The notes beneath the pieces were generated by a model. That model did not search any database and was not told where the DNA came from. It was given only the letters and a program-made list of their open reading frames with translations. This document shows, in pieces, positions 50,342 to 63,179 of a stretch of 64,000 nt of DNA. Source of the stretch: Raillietiella orientalis (lineage: Eukaryota); assembly GCA_036172245.1 (NCBI GenBank), contig JAYWIR010000066.1, forward strand, positions 248,001 to 312,000, written 5' to 3'. The first letter of the stretch is position 1; the number at the start of each line of letters is the position of its first letter. A program made the position numbers and the translations under genes.

Positions 50342-53300
50342 TTTCTCATAGGTGGCGGAGCGTTCTGACAGAATCCGAACAGCCCGTTGATTCTTGCAGG
50401 AAAGGGGTTCCAAGCGGAGAACTTCTGACGAGTGCGATAAGGCCAGCATGACGGATTCAGCGGGGGCGTGTTGGCAGCGCAACCCCAGCAACGAAGCGGT
50501 GGATGATTTTGCTGGGTGTTTGCCGTTGATTCACCTCGGAGGAAGAAGGGTTGGAATGACGTGGGCGCGAGCGCACCCGGTGCAAGGGTAGCAGGGGAGG
50601 ATGCGCCCTCGTGCTGGAAACGGATGGATGCGAGGAGAGGATCCTCTCAACGCCCCCGCCGGATTGATTGCCCAGGAGCTCGGCTGTCGGCAGGCAGGAG
50701 TCCAGCTATCCGGGGGCCTCGAAAGGCGGTCGGCGGGGGAACGGGATTCCTGGGAATCTGTTGCGCAGTAGAATCCTCTTCCGGGAGCAGTGTTCCCTCC
50801 CTCGGCCACGCGAAACGCGGCCTCCCCAGATGCTGGAAGTCGGCAGTGGAACGGATGCGAATCGGATTGCCTCTTAATGGAAAGATCGATGCTCCGACCG
50901 CCGAAAAGAGTTTGTGGCTGCATCGCCGAGGCGCAGCCACACGGCACACGGAGGAAGGATATTTTCAGAGCGCATTTGCATGCAAGTGCACGTTAATGTA
51001 TGTGAAGTGTGCACGGTGAAATGATGTTTCTTTCAGCTTCGGGATTGTGATTGCGGGCGTGCGCACATGTGCAGGCACAGTCCGATAATACGCGCTGCGT
51101 AACGGCACAGTAACAGTGTGATAATTGCGTACGCGGAACAGCGCTTTGCACAGTTCGTTCCACGCGGCCGCGCGCAGGCGTGCGTGCAGCCGTACAGGTT
51201 GTACAGGCGACAAAAGTGTAGTGTATATAAGCTGTGTACGAAGAAGGTGCACCCAGAGTTATGAATAAAGATGACGTGAATCACCTGAATTTCGAATGCG
51301 CTCACGTGTGTACGAGAGCACACGCGCATGCTAATTTGTGCTCCCATTAAAGAGCGCACATTTCCCATTTTTCGCACGCGCTGAATAATTCACTTACCTT
51401 TTTCGCAATTAAATTCTTATCATTCTTTCTATGACATTCAAGCAGTTTTGATGAACTGTAATCGTGTTTGTATGTAGTGTATGTAGTGTAGGTGGCAGCA
51501 CTTGCAATGCCACTTTGTATACTCGGCCGTATCCCATTAGCATATCCCATTCATGCCGGTAAGCTCGACGGAACTGGATTTCGGGATTCCATCTTCCCGT
51601 GGAGACATCCGTATTTGTGGCGCAAAGGTGCGTAACTGAATTAAGTGGATTGGAGTAAACGGCAATATCATAACTCATATATTCTGCGAACATCTTCTGA
51701 TGGCGTTCATTACCGGAGGATGTTGTCATGGGCTCCGCTCAATTCTTAATCACTAAACTTCGAGTTCCCCTCGGGCCAACTTGTTGGGGAACAGCCCCTC
51801 TGTGGGGGAACGGACGTAACCAGGGAGCGGTAGTGAGCAGTACAAAAAAATTTCGTACCAGACGGACGCAGAACCACAAGTGACCTTTCCGAAAGGGAAA
51901 AGGATTTGTAATGTTACTGCTACATCACAAAGGTGCTCCAGCAAGCAGCAGCAGCAGCAGCTAATTTTCCTTCTTCTTCTTCTTCTCCTCCTGGAACAGC
52001 TTACGTAATTGTAATGGAAGCGTGGATGCTCCTTTCTCTTTGACAGACAAGATGAGACTCATAGATGCCACTTAAGCGTCTGCTGAGGTAGTCTCACCTC
52101 GGGGACTTGATGTGCCTTTTCCCCTTAGACGAAGCTGCGGCATGGATACGGACTCGGGCTAAACGCTCTCAGGCTGCGGAGGATTGCTTCTGGATCGATC
52201 TGTCTGTGCAAGCGAGGTCCCGGGCAACCACATGATGATGGCGCGGAGAGCGCGCGCTGAATCACGCGCGAAGGCTGTGTGGATAACGACACCCAGTCAT
52301 ACCGGTCTGCGTTTCGGTTCCACATGGGTTCGATACCGAGGTGCTTGGAAAGAAGCAGAGAGCTTGTCAGTTGCATTTCCGCTCAAGCCTCCATTCCTCC
52401 CCCTCCCTCCCTTCCGTCCTAAAATAACCCGCAGCTACTCTCGACATAAAGGCTTTTTGTTGTCGTGGAGACGTGCAAGCAGCCTGCATGAGAAGATTGC
52501 ACTTGGGGAGAGGCGCCGCCTGGAGGAGCGACCGGAGACTTCTATTCTTGCCTGGAAGTTAAGGATCCAGACGGATGGACACTGGAGACGTGTGGGTGCT
52601 GCGCGTCACGCGAATCGGGATGTTGCATCCCGATTCGAGCAGCCTGCCGGGAACGCGCGTTCCACTCCGAGGTGGTGACCCTCTCTCCCTCGACGCGCCC
52701 GCCGAACGCGGGAGTCTTCGACAGGGCGGCGGCGTCGCAGACAAAAAAAAAAAAACTCCAGATTTCCCGTTTCGCGGTGCAGGCGTCCTGCAGGTGAACT
52801 GCGCCGAGAATTCCGTTTCCGCCCACGTCTTCTTCTTCCTCCCACAATCGCGTGCACAGTATACCCCTTGAACATTTTTTGAAGGGGACTCGTGTTTCCC
52901 GTGCTGGTGTCTTGCACCTGCTCCGTTGCACCCTTGCCACTTGCTGCAGCCGGGTCAAGTTCGAAGCCTTGGCAACGAGGAACGGGCTGAAAATGACCGG
53001 CACCGCGTAATTCTTTTCCGGCGACCTCTCTCACCGCTGCGTGTCCTGTTCGAAGCAAAGTTCCTCCCTCTGCCTCGTGCCACGCGAAGGAGGGGGGAAA
53101 GGGAAGGGGGAGCAAGTTTTTCGTCGACGCCGGATATGCGCCACCTCAGCGCATCGACCTTTCGCACCCTCGTATCCCAATTCACGTCCCGCCAGCCGGT
53201 GTCCGTGGGCAATGGGCAGGCTGGGACCTGCTGCGAGCTGGGATCGGAGGCACCCAGTCTGGTAGGATGACGACCATTACGTCATCGACTGAGGCCGGGG

Positions 53301-53999
53301 CGACCGCCGGCGAAAGAGGGACTGTGAACAGTAAAATCACCTACGTGTGCGCAATCCCGTACGGACACACACGCACGTGGGTACGCGCATGCGCGTGCAT
53401 GCGCCGAGGCGCACAATGGCCATCCGCTTCGTTCGCTTCGGCTCTCGCAGATGGACGACGTGCGAGAAAACAACGGCAACGCCGCGATGGCAAAAACACC
53501 TCCGAAACCTGTCTTCGGGCAGGACTGGCAACGAGCAAACACCAGGTCATTGCTATGGCCGAGGGGTGGTCGCGCCCTCCGGGAAAGCATTCCGTTCCCG
53601 CAGGATGCGTTCCGATCGCGAATTTTCCCGCGGGTGGTGGATTCCCATGTTCCACGAACCGGAAGTCTCTGGAGAGAGGAAAACGCCTCTTGACCACTAG
53701 GGAAAACTGCTCGAAAGTTTGAGATCTGTCTTTCTAGTGGCAGGAACCGCAAAGCCCGCATTGTCATCGACCAATGAGAAATACACATGGATCGAAGTCG
53801 GCGAGCGGATGCACACCGCGAAGTATCCGCATTGTTGCCGATCCTCGGGTAGCTCGTTGCCGCGGAAACGCCGCCTCTTGCACCGCTCTCGTCCACGTCG
53901 GTAGGACTCGAACGCCTGCGGTTTCCGTCGGTGCTTGCGCGTCCTTCGCGTTGCCCGCGTCGTACCCGTGGACTCTCGAGCGGGCGGGCGACCCACGGC

Positions 54000-55330
54000 T
54001 GTCTAGCGCGGGTCGCAAGAGCGGACGGACGTGATCCCGAGCGCCTTTCCCTCGCAGGGATGCGTGCATGCCTGAAGAGACCCTTCGAGCGTCGCGGAAT
54101 ACAAAGCTGCACACTTGGGAGCTGGCAAACCCACAATGAACAGCGCTCTCCGAACTGGAGGGATGCCTTTGTTCGAGCGCAAGGTGTCTGGTTCCTCATC
54201 CGACGCGCGGGGAGTTTGCATAAGGATCCCGGGGAACAACAAAAACACTGCTGGTGGCGTAATTGCGAATACCTCAGCTGCGGCGGAATCCGCTGGGGAT
54301 GTTTCACGCGCGGAGGGGGGATGGGGGAGGGGAATTCGCATTGTGCCGGCCGGTGTGCGCGTACTATCGGGAGATCGGAAAGACGAGTGGGCGGGGGGGA
54401 GGGGGAACGAAAGGCGAGTGGCACCCACCGCTTTTCGCTCCGGTACGGGAGGGGGGGAGAGAGAGTCCACACCCGCCTCGCTCCAAGAACGGATCGAAGA
54501 TCAGGGGGAGCGTCGGCGGCCGGGCTGCTGCGGTGTCTCCGCGCGCGAGGAGCCAGGCTGGCCGCGGGTTCCAATCCTGCCTGGGAGAAGCGTTGACGCC
54601 GAGAACGGGGAATGCGTCGCGAGTTCCGCGTGTCCCCCGAAGAATGGCACTGGTTCGAGTGCGGCGCTGACGGAGGTCGGAAACCCTAGGATGCTTCCGT
54701 GAACCGGTCGGGATTGGAAGTTGACACTTCGGGATCCTTCAAGGACATCAATGAGTTTTCGAGGTGCCCCTTCCGGTTGTGAAGAACGGACCCGTTACCA
54801 TAGAGCTGGTTGATACCCCCCTCGGGGAGCTGCTCCTCCAGAGTGTCATAAGCTCGCCGCTTCCATCAGGGAAATCGGGAAGCGTCCCTTCAGGGTTCTC
54901 TTCGGAAGGGGAAACAAGGTGCGGATCCTGTCTGGGAAGTCCCTCCGGAGAGGGAACAAGGAGCAGCCCTCACAAACCGGTAGGGTCCCTCCAGAGAGTC
55001 AGAGAGGAACGGGCACATTCCTCCGGAGCCTCCCTGGATTAAAAGCGTGACCCCTTTGGGATCGCCCCCTAACCTGAAGGGTCGGAACCCATCCTCGAGA
55101 TGGCCAGGCAGTATCGAAGAGCTCTGTGAGCCCCCAGACGAGAGGTTCCTGGGGAAGGAGGAGAGGGAACACGGCGTGCTTGGGCCGGTGGGGGTCAAGC
55201 ATGGAGGGGGTGACGTGCGCTGCGGCAGCGTCGGGACGGGGAAGAGAGTAAGGGGAGGCTGCAAGGACCCCGCAGTCGTCGATGCGCTCACGAAGGGCCG
55301 TCCTCAAGGGCTTCCCGCTCCGTGACCGAA
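54000..55330 (-). repeat. Repeat family X copy, inverted
   Basis: gacgccgagaacgggg (~54595), ccggtcgggattggaagttgac (~54704) and gagcctccctggatt (~55026) are reverse complements of X signatures. Confidence 0.7.
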
Positions 55331-55499
55331 GCTCTCGGCCGGGAAGGGTCGCGTCTTGTGATCCGAGCGGAGCACCCACCTCTTCTCTCTAGAGCACCAA
55401 GAGGGGCTTGGTGGAGTGGCGCCCATCAGAGTCCGTCGGCGGCTCTCCTTCTGGTGCCCCCCCTTCCATGCGCCGATGCCCCGGAGGCTGAGACACGAC

Positions 55500-58400
55500 C
55501 CGCGTGACCAGCGCGTGCTCGAAGCGCCACAGCTCCTCGCTCAAACGGTCAGGTGAAGCAGCGCCGGACCGGGTCGGCGCCTAAGAGGGAGCGACCTCCT
55601 GGAAGCCGCAAGCGACGCGGCGAACGGAACGAATGGAGGAGAATGGCGGGGGGGGGGGATGCGAACCGCCACCGTCCTTTTCGATCGAGGCCTGGAGTGG
55701 ACAAAGGTGCGGACCGGGGAGGGTAGAGGCCACTCGCCTGGTATGCGCAGATTCGACCTCCAGGAGCTTCCCCGGAAACCTGGAACGTTCCGCAAACAGA
55801 GCCGGAAATCAGGAACTGCTGCGATGACGCCTTCCCCTCCTCCCTTCTTCCCCTTCCCTCCCTCCCGCAGTCCGGCCGCCTGGCGATATTGCGGGCCCCG
55901 TGCTGTCCCGCGCGCTTATGAAAGAACGGGTTTTCCCCCCGCATCCTCGCCCCCCTTGTTGTACAGGGTCAATATTTGCCAAGTTCGCGTTACTCCTCAC
56001 TCACCGCTTCCGGGAGCATCCCAGCGACCAGAAACCAGCCGTCTGTTTGCTCTTCCCCCTTCTTCCCGCTCGCTTCCCAGACCCTTATTTTCTCAGGGAA
56101 TGCGTCTCGGACGAGCTGCTCTTCTTCCCCCGCCTGCCGGGGGATGCGAGGATCCCGGGACGCCCAGAGACCGCTCTCGGATCCCAGCCTCCGCATTCCC
56201 GACGAGCGTCTCCGCGCCGCTCCTCGAGCTGAACGTCCGGTCCGTCGCATGAGGGTCGCAAGGAGGATGAGGAGGATTTATTTCCGGGACTTCGCCCGGC
56301 TCGTCGGTACGGGACGAACGGGGCGAAGGCGGAGTGCAGGAGAAGCCGCATCCTCCGTGCGACCTCCGCTCGCCTGCATCTTCGCGCATGTGGGACCCCA
56401 CGAGTAGTGGGACGGTGGTTCCATCTCTGGGAAAAAGAAAAAAAAAACCATCCTCACACTTCCGCATCCACTGGTGGCTGCTCCTTCGGCCACGCCTCCC
56501 TCGAGACGTTTCCCCATCGGGGGCACGTTCTAACCCATCGCTCCGACGGGATCTCGCGGCGCCATGTTGGATGCTGGAGGTGCAAACACACGATGGCACC
56601 TTCATTGCCTCGAGGAGCAGCTGCAGAATCGTCAGCTTGGCGTCACCTCTTCGTTCTGAGGATCCTGGCATCCTGCGGAGCCGGCCTCCAGGTCTCGGAC
56701 TGCACTACGAACGCCCTCGGTCGGCAGGGAGACGGCGAGACCCTGGCGCACGGCCGCCTTTCTTTCTCTCTCACTGCTGAGGGCTAAAAGAGCCCTCAGC
56801 AGTGAGAGAAGAAAGGAAGGGGAGGCAACGTGCAGACAGCTCGTTGCGCAGCGCCGCTGGATCCACTGGAGTCCACTCGGGAAGTGAACGTATCGCGGAG
56901 AACCGCTTGCTTCTCCATCGCCACCTTCAAGCAGTGAAGCAGCGCGCTGTGTCGACGAATGCGCTGGAAGGGGTGATGCAGCTCACAAACAGTGACGCGG
57001 CACGCTAGGCGCCGCCGAACAATCTGGAGCGAGTGGCGCGCCTAGCGTGCCAATCGCTTCTTTCCCGCACACTGCTGTGCGCACCAGAGGCGCAAGCGGC
57101 ATCCAGCACGAGCGTCCTCTGTTGAGGCACGACCTCTTCATCATGGATCTTCTCGGTTGTGTCCTCGAGACTGTCTCTCTGATGATGGTGGAGCGAGGCA
57201 GCGCCATCCTTCTGTGCCTTCTCGCCAGAGGTACGTCGCGACATGCAGTGGGTGCAGCAGCCTAAAAAGGATCGGCTTGCGCGTGTGGCTGGTCATGTGA
57301 CTACTGACCTCTCGTGGCACGAAGCGTTGCGGGTTCGAATCCCACCATGTCGCTCACCGTGCCTGGATGGTCCATCAGCTTCCTCTGGGATGCCTCCCCT
57401 TGGATCCGGAAGAAGAAGAGGAGAGGTCAAGGAGAAGGAGGAGCAGAAGAGAGAGGTCATCCCTCTGTCTCCTCCATTGCTGACGACAGTCCCACCTGAG
57501 CAACGGGTGGGAACCACAGCAGCACCGACACGCCGGCAGTAACGCGCTTGCTCGCACTCTGCTCTCACAGGAGGCTACGTGTGGCCCGCTGGAACGTTGA
57601 CGGGCTGCGCGGCGACGGCAGGAGGTGGGACGCAGCCGCATCCTTGCGACAGTTCGACCTGGAGCTCCTGCAAGAGATCCACAGTATCTCTGCTGAAGAA
57701 ATCCAGAAAATGGAATCGATCGCGGGCGGCAAGCGGCATTGGCGTTGCGGCTCGGCGCACCCGTGCGAAGTCGCTTGGTCAACCGTGGAGGGTGCGACAG
57801 GAGACATTCGGCTCGAGGTTGTCATCCGGTCACGCCGGGGCGTTTGTTATAAACAGTCAATATTTACGATATAAGACCCCGCTGCGGCCAAAACAACAAG
57901 GGTCTTGCCGGGTAGTCGGTGCTCAGACCGACCTGACTCTCCACGGCAGCGGAGGGGAATGGGGAAAACACAAAAAGAAAAATAAAACAAAATTAAAAAA
58001 AAAGAATAGTTCTCTGGAGGGTCGGGAAGGGATCGCTGTCCGCTTGGTGGAGGATCCATCCTTTACAGGATGCCGACGAGGTCCTTCTGCCTGTTTCCCA
58101 GGTGGGGCCATCGGGTTGCTATTCGCAGGAAGAGAGCTGCATCCTCCATGACGTCCCTGTCCCTTGCATCTTCTTCGCCGGATCCACTCCAGGCCGCCAC
58201 AATACCGCGGAAGCAGCAGAGCGCTGCTACGGCTGCGGCTGTCCCGCACGAAGAGGAGCCGGAAAACGTCTCTGGGAGGGTTGCCAACCGGGATCCCGAG
58301 GGTCGTCCCGAAACGTTCCCAAAGGGACCGGAGGGCAACACAGTCAACTATCAGGTGGAGGAGGGATTCCCGTTCCCCGCACCTGGCACAGTTCGGATTC

Positions 58401-61400
58401 ACTGGCCCCCCGTGTCCAGTGATGGCGGCGCGCGTTGCAGGGGAGACCCCAGTGCAACAACATAAGCGCCTACTCCTGCCACTTTAGGGGGAAGATCCTT
58501 CTTCCGGTTATCACTTGGGGCCACTTCAGGTCATCCGTCTGGATGCCGAGAAGCTCTCCCCATTTCTACAGTCCTCGCTGAAGGACGCTCGGGGTCGTGG
58601 CGTCCTCCAGGTGTCCCATGGTCCAACTGCTCATCAACTTCTCTCTGCCTGAGATACGGCAGGAGACTTGCCACCTAGGCGTCCGGCTGCCAACGAATGC
58701 CCTCCGTAGGAAGGGCAACGAGGAAGGTCGAATAGGACAACTTGCCCTCAAGTGGTCCGAATCGATGACCTCGTCGTGGAGAACATGTACGCACCAAGTG
58801 GTTCCAACAAGCGCAAGCGCGGGGCGAGGACGGATTCCTCGAAGCCCTGAAGCGTGGAGGTTGGTCCCTCTATCAAGAGCGCTCACCTGATAGAGGGAGA
58901 TTTTCAGCATCTTCCTGCTTTCAGGAAGGGTCCAGTGGCCATCTCGACCTGGTTAACGGGTTGTGCGCAGCAATGCGCACGTGCAACTTGCTGTCTGGAG
59001 TCATCTGCATGCGAGGGCAGAATCGATCACGTCTTCCTCGACGACCACCTGCTCTCGCGAGTCATTTATCGTGGGAAGGCACGAGCGACGTTGCCGGACT
59101 ACGTCCGAATCGGGATGGAAGTACATCCACGTGGGAAAGGTCTCCCTTTCAAAGTGTGGAGCCTACTCATCTCCCAGAGGCTGCGGAGCACGTCCGCGAC
59201 TTCCCGCGAGATGTAAAATGCTCAGCAACTCGATTACCATCCGGGTGCGGCAACTCGAAGACAGGGACGAGTCGAAGCGCTCGGTTAGAGAGTTCCTCAC
59301 CAGCTTCCCTGTGGACCGTCTCCCCGCCGGTTTTGACGAGGAAATGTGCAACGAGAGCGCGTATCTCCAAGCCCGGTACTTGCAGAAAAGGCCGGAGGTT
59401 CGTCGTCTGGCCGAGATGAAAGCCGGGGCCGAGAGACTGGTCTGGTAGTCCGGGAGACCAGCTCAATAAACAACCAGAGCCAGCAGCGCTCGTCCTTGGC
59501 AGAAGTACGGCGCAACGCGCGCCAATGTTACTCCTCCCCGTACGCGAGTGCACCACCGGAACGCACAGAGGTTGTCGTCAGAAGGAGTTCCCGCGATCGG
59601 GGAGGAATCTCTAACTCCCTTGAGAAAGCCGTTTCTTGGCGGGAGAGACTATCTCCTCCATCTGCAAGCTCAAGAGGAGGAAGGAGCCAGGGGAGGACGG
59701 CCTGCCAGCTGAATTTTATCAGCGTTCCGCAACAGAATTGACCCCACTGGTGCATCGGAGGTGCACGCTGATTCGGGAGACAGGAGAGATGCCTTTCTCC
59801 TTCCGATCAGCAAGAGTACGTCTCCTTCCAAAGGGAGGAGACCTGCTCAACAGAAGCAACCAGCGCCCGATTACCGACGTCAGCACGGATGCCAAGCTGC
59901 TCGCGAAGCTACGGACTGAGCTCCTGGGGGCGGTTGGCGGTGGCGTTCGACAACCCGGAGCAGATGTACGTCGTTCCCGGACGAAGCGTGGAAACCGATC
60001 TGTTCCTGCTCAGTTCCTGGCTTCAGTTGCAACGAATGGTTGCTCCACTCGGTCAAAGGGAACCTCAGTTCCGAGATGGCCAGGGATCGGGAGGCCACAT
60101 TAAGTCAACGTCGTCGGGAGCCCTTGAGGTCGCAGCCGATTTGCAACAGGCGTTCAATACTGCGTCGACTGGGAAGCTCCGTTTGAAACTTCTGAACGCG
60201 GGAAACTGCCGCATGTCCTTTCGGCTTACCTGCTGGCGCGACGAGCTGATCGATTTCGCTTTCAGCGGCCGGCACGTGTATGGCACACCGGGGTGCTGCG
60301 TGGGCAAGGAGGTCCCGTTGTTCTTCAGCATCTACTTAGAGTTGGTGTCTAGAGAGCACAGGTCAGCCCTTGCTGCCCTTTCCGGCTCTTGTCCCGGCAC
60401 GCCTGCCGCGCCCGTCAAAGCTCACGACCTTCTGTTCCTGTGACCCACGTCAGCCCTGGCAACATCGTTTGGGGAATTCCTCGAGATGATCCGCCAGGGA
60501 GCTGGCGTGCGTAGAAACAGGGCGAAGTCGACAGCTGTGCTTCATGTTGGACAGGGCAACCGTACTGGATTCTCTTCGAAGTCCCCACGGTCAGGTGCTT
60601 TAAGTACCTGAGAGTCCTGTTGGGGAACTTCTGAGCAGCAGAAGTCTGGTCCGGCCGTCTCCAGAAAGCAGAGATGGTGCTTGGTCCATTCCTGGAGGAC
60701 AAGGTTTATTTACTTTCCGAACGGATTGTCCTCTGGAAGGCGTTCGTGGCTCCCCTCCTCCGACTCCTGTTTTTTGTTTGACTCCCGCCAGGAGTGGTAA
60801 GAAAGAGAAAAGCGAAAAGCCTTCTGGGGAAAGAAGAGGCTACCCGGATTCGCTTGAAGGACTTGTGCGCGCTCCGCTCGGCGTCTCGAATCTGGAGAGG
60901 AAGCAGTGTCATCTCCAGGATCAGCCCTAGCTGCAAACTCTGGACCGCCCACTGGCGCATCCCAGCACGGATCCTGGCCAAGAGAGCAGCCGGCGCCAAG
61001 GGATTCGGTGCGTTCCTCGCTCATGGACACCGACCGAGAGTTGCCCCGATGGCGGGTGCCAACTCCGGCAAATGATCGCCTCGGTCCAGGAGGACAGGTG
61101 AATTTCCTGCCTCCCTGCCAACTTTGGTGCCTGGAAAAGAAACGATTCGGAAGTGGGAGGAAAGAAACGTCCGGAGCCATCCCGATGCCTGCGATTCCCG
61201 GATGATGCTCGCCGCTCGTTGCAGTAAATCCATGGACTGCCCAAGGAAGGCTACCCGGGTACTCAACAGCCCTCTCGCAGCCACGCTCAACGCAATGCGG
61301 CAAAGTAGGCCTGGTGATCTTGCGAGACAGGAAGTATCCTGCAAGATGGCGGGAAAGAAGCAGCAGCTGGGATGCTGGACGGCGCGTCAACTGGCTGACT

Positions 61401-62030
61401 CTTCCACTCCCGCTGCTCTCCCCAGAGGAATTCTCCGCTGGGCGGAGCTCTTGGACATTCCTCCCGGAAAGGCAGAATTTGCCCCTAGTGTTCGTGAACA
61501 GCCCCACGCTGACCCTGGAGTGCCGGGACTCGGCATGGCATTTGTTGCGACCTCAGGCAGCGTGCGAGTCCACCGGTGGACGAGGGGCAATGAACGTGTG
61601 TCGGCAGGAACGGGAAACCTCCCTGCACTTATTAGATTGCGTTGCCTTCCTGAGTGTCTGGGAGCGCGTCTCTGAGACCCCCCAACTCCCCATGGACGAC
61701 GGCATGGGGATCTTACGGCGTCTCTTCGAGCGCGCGACTCGACGTCGCCTGCGGCTTCCTTCGCAGCCCTGCGCTCCCTCCGTGGGTTTGTGGCGGCGAG
61801 AAGCCGCGCCGAAAGAGGCCGGTCGAGCGGTGACGTCATCGCAATCGTCTGCCTCCTTCGTGAGGAAGGCGACAAGACGACCGCATCTCTGCCAAGACAA
61901 AGGGGCGAAGTCGCCAACATCCTCCAGAGGATGCCGAGGACATCAGGAAGAAATGTGTGCTCCCCCCTCTTCAACATATTTTTAAACTGAACTTTTGTGT
62001 GTTTTTTTCTTTTGTTTTTGTTTACCCCCT
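55500..62030 (+). mobile_element. Near full-length degenerate L1/Tx1-clade non-LTR retrotransposon
   Basis: APE: RVARWNVDGLRGDGRR..FDLELLQEIH (~57580), LIEGDFQ (~58887), GRIDHVFL (~59016). RT: KEPGEDGLPAEFYQ..GEMPFSFRSARVRLLPKGGDLLNRSNQRPITDVSTDAKLLAK (~59680-59910), DLQQAFN (~60138). C-terminal CRQERETSLHLLDC (~61600). T-rich tail 61993-62025. ORF1 region (55500-57540) is poorly preserved. Confidence 0.9.
57850..58880 (-). mobile_element. 5'-truncated L1/Tx1 3' end nested antisense inside the APE domain of the + element
   Basis: NPNCARCGERESLLHLIVDCVALRSLWERF (non-LTR C-terminal Zn motif) followed by a T-rich tail at ~57965-58005. It separates the WNV.G/LQE motifs from the GDF motif of the host element. 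Confidence 0.8.
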
Positions 62031-62179
62031 CTCCCACCTCTTTAGTGTGGGTCTCATCGGGGGAGCTGCTCGCGAGGAGCAGCGCCTCCGGGACATTTCC
62101 CTTCGTAGCGATGCTGCTGCAAAACCACCACGAAGAAAGAATTTTTTTTTTTTTGTGGATATTTTCACAATCAACGACT

Positions 62180-63090
62180 CTGCGTGACCTGGAGAAAGGG
62201 TGCACGCCGAGAACGGGGGGTGCGTCATGGGTTTCAAGTCTCCCCCTCGGGGTAACGCTGGTTGACCTCGGTTGATTTCGGGTGCAGTTGCACTGGTAGA
62301 CTCCGGATGCCCCCGTTGAGTGGCTGCGGCTGAAAGTTGACCCTTGGAAGTCCCTCCAAAACACCAAGGAGCCCTTCGGGTTCCCCTTCCAGTACTGAAA
62401 ACAGAGTCGCTCCCCCCTAGTATAGGAACACTGCATCTCGTACCATGGAGCTGGTTGATGCCTCCCTTGTAGCGGGATCGCCTCTCCAGAGTGTCAGGAG
62501 CGCGCCACTCCCTTCGGGGAAATTGGGAAGCGTCTCTCGGGGTTCTCCTCAGAGGAGGAGGAAACGAGAAGCGGATCCTTTCCGCAGAAGGAATACTGGA
62601 ACTGCCCCCTACAGGGGGGACCCTTCCAGAGAGAACAAGGAAGAAGGGCTTTTCCTTCAGAGTCGATTTCAAAGGAGGAGGAAATAGGGCGTGGGTTCCC
62701 TTCGGGGATGCCCTACCCAGCGTGAGAGGAACGGACACCTTCCTCTTGAACCTTCATGGATTCATAGAGTAGTCCCTATGGGGTTGCCCTTTAACCTGAA
62801 AGGACGCACGCACCCTCGGGTGGCGTGGGCAGTGCTTCAAGAGCTTCGTGGATCCCCCCTGAGGAGGATTTGAAGGAAAGAAGAATGGATTGGCTCCGCG
62901 TTCAGCCCCACGGGAAGGAAGCGCACCGCCGTGTTTTGGTGCGTCACGATCACGGCGTCCCCGCTGGCCGAACCTGGAAGCCGGAGTGCCGGAGAGGGCA
63001 CGTCCGCGAGTGTCCATCCACCCGTAGGGGCGCACCTCGATTCTCACCCGGGTGCGCCGGGGCGTTTACTTCAGAAGTAAACATCTCATA
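62180..63090 (-). repeat. Repeat family X copy, inverted
   Basis: cacgccgagaacggggggtgcgtc (~62203), ccttcatggattcatagagtagtccc (~62751) and caagagcttcgtg (~62838) match the reverse complement of X signatures. Confidence 0.75.
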
Positions 63091-63179
63091 AGAACTGTAG
63101 TTGGACCGCTGATCCAACCACAGTTACCGGTTTGAAGACCGGCGCGATCCACCACGGTAGCAGGGAGGAAGCGGCAAGC

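Noticed and set aside
53282..54574. 430-aa ORF, the longest in the track
   Set aside because: GC-rich shadow ORF partly overlapping repeat X; no domain motif recognised.
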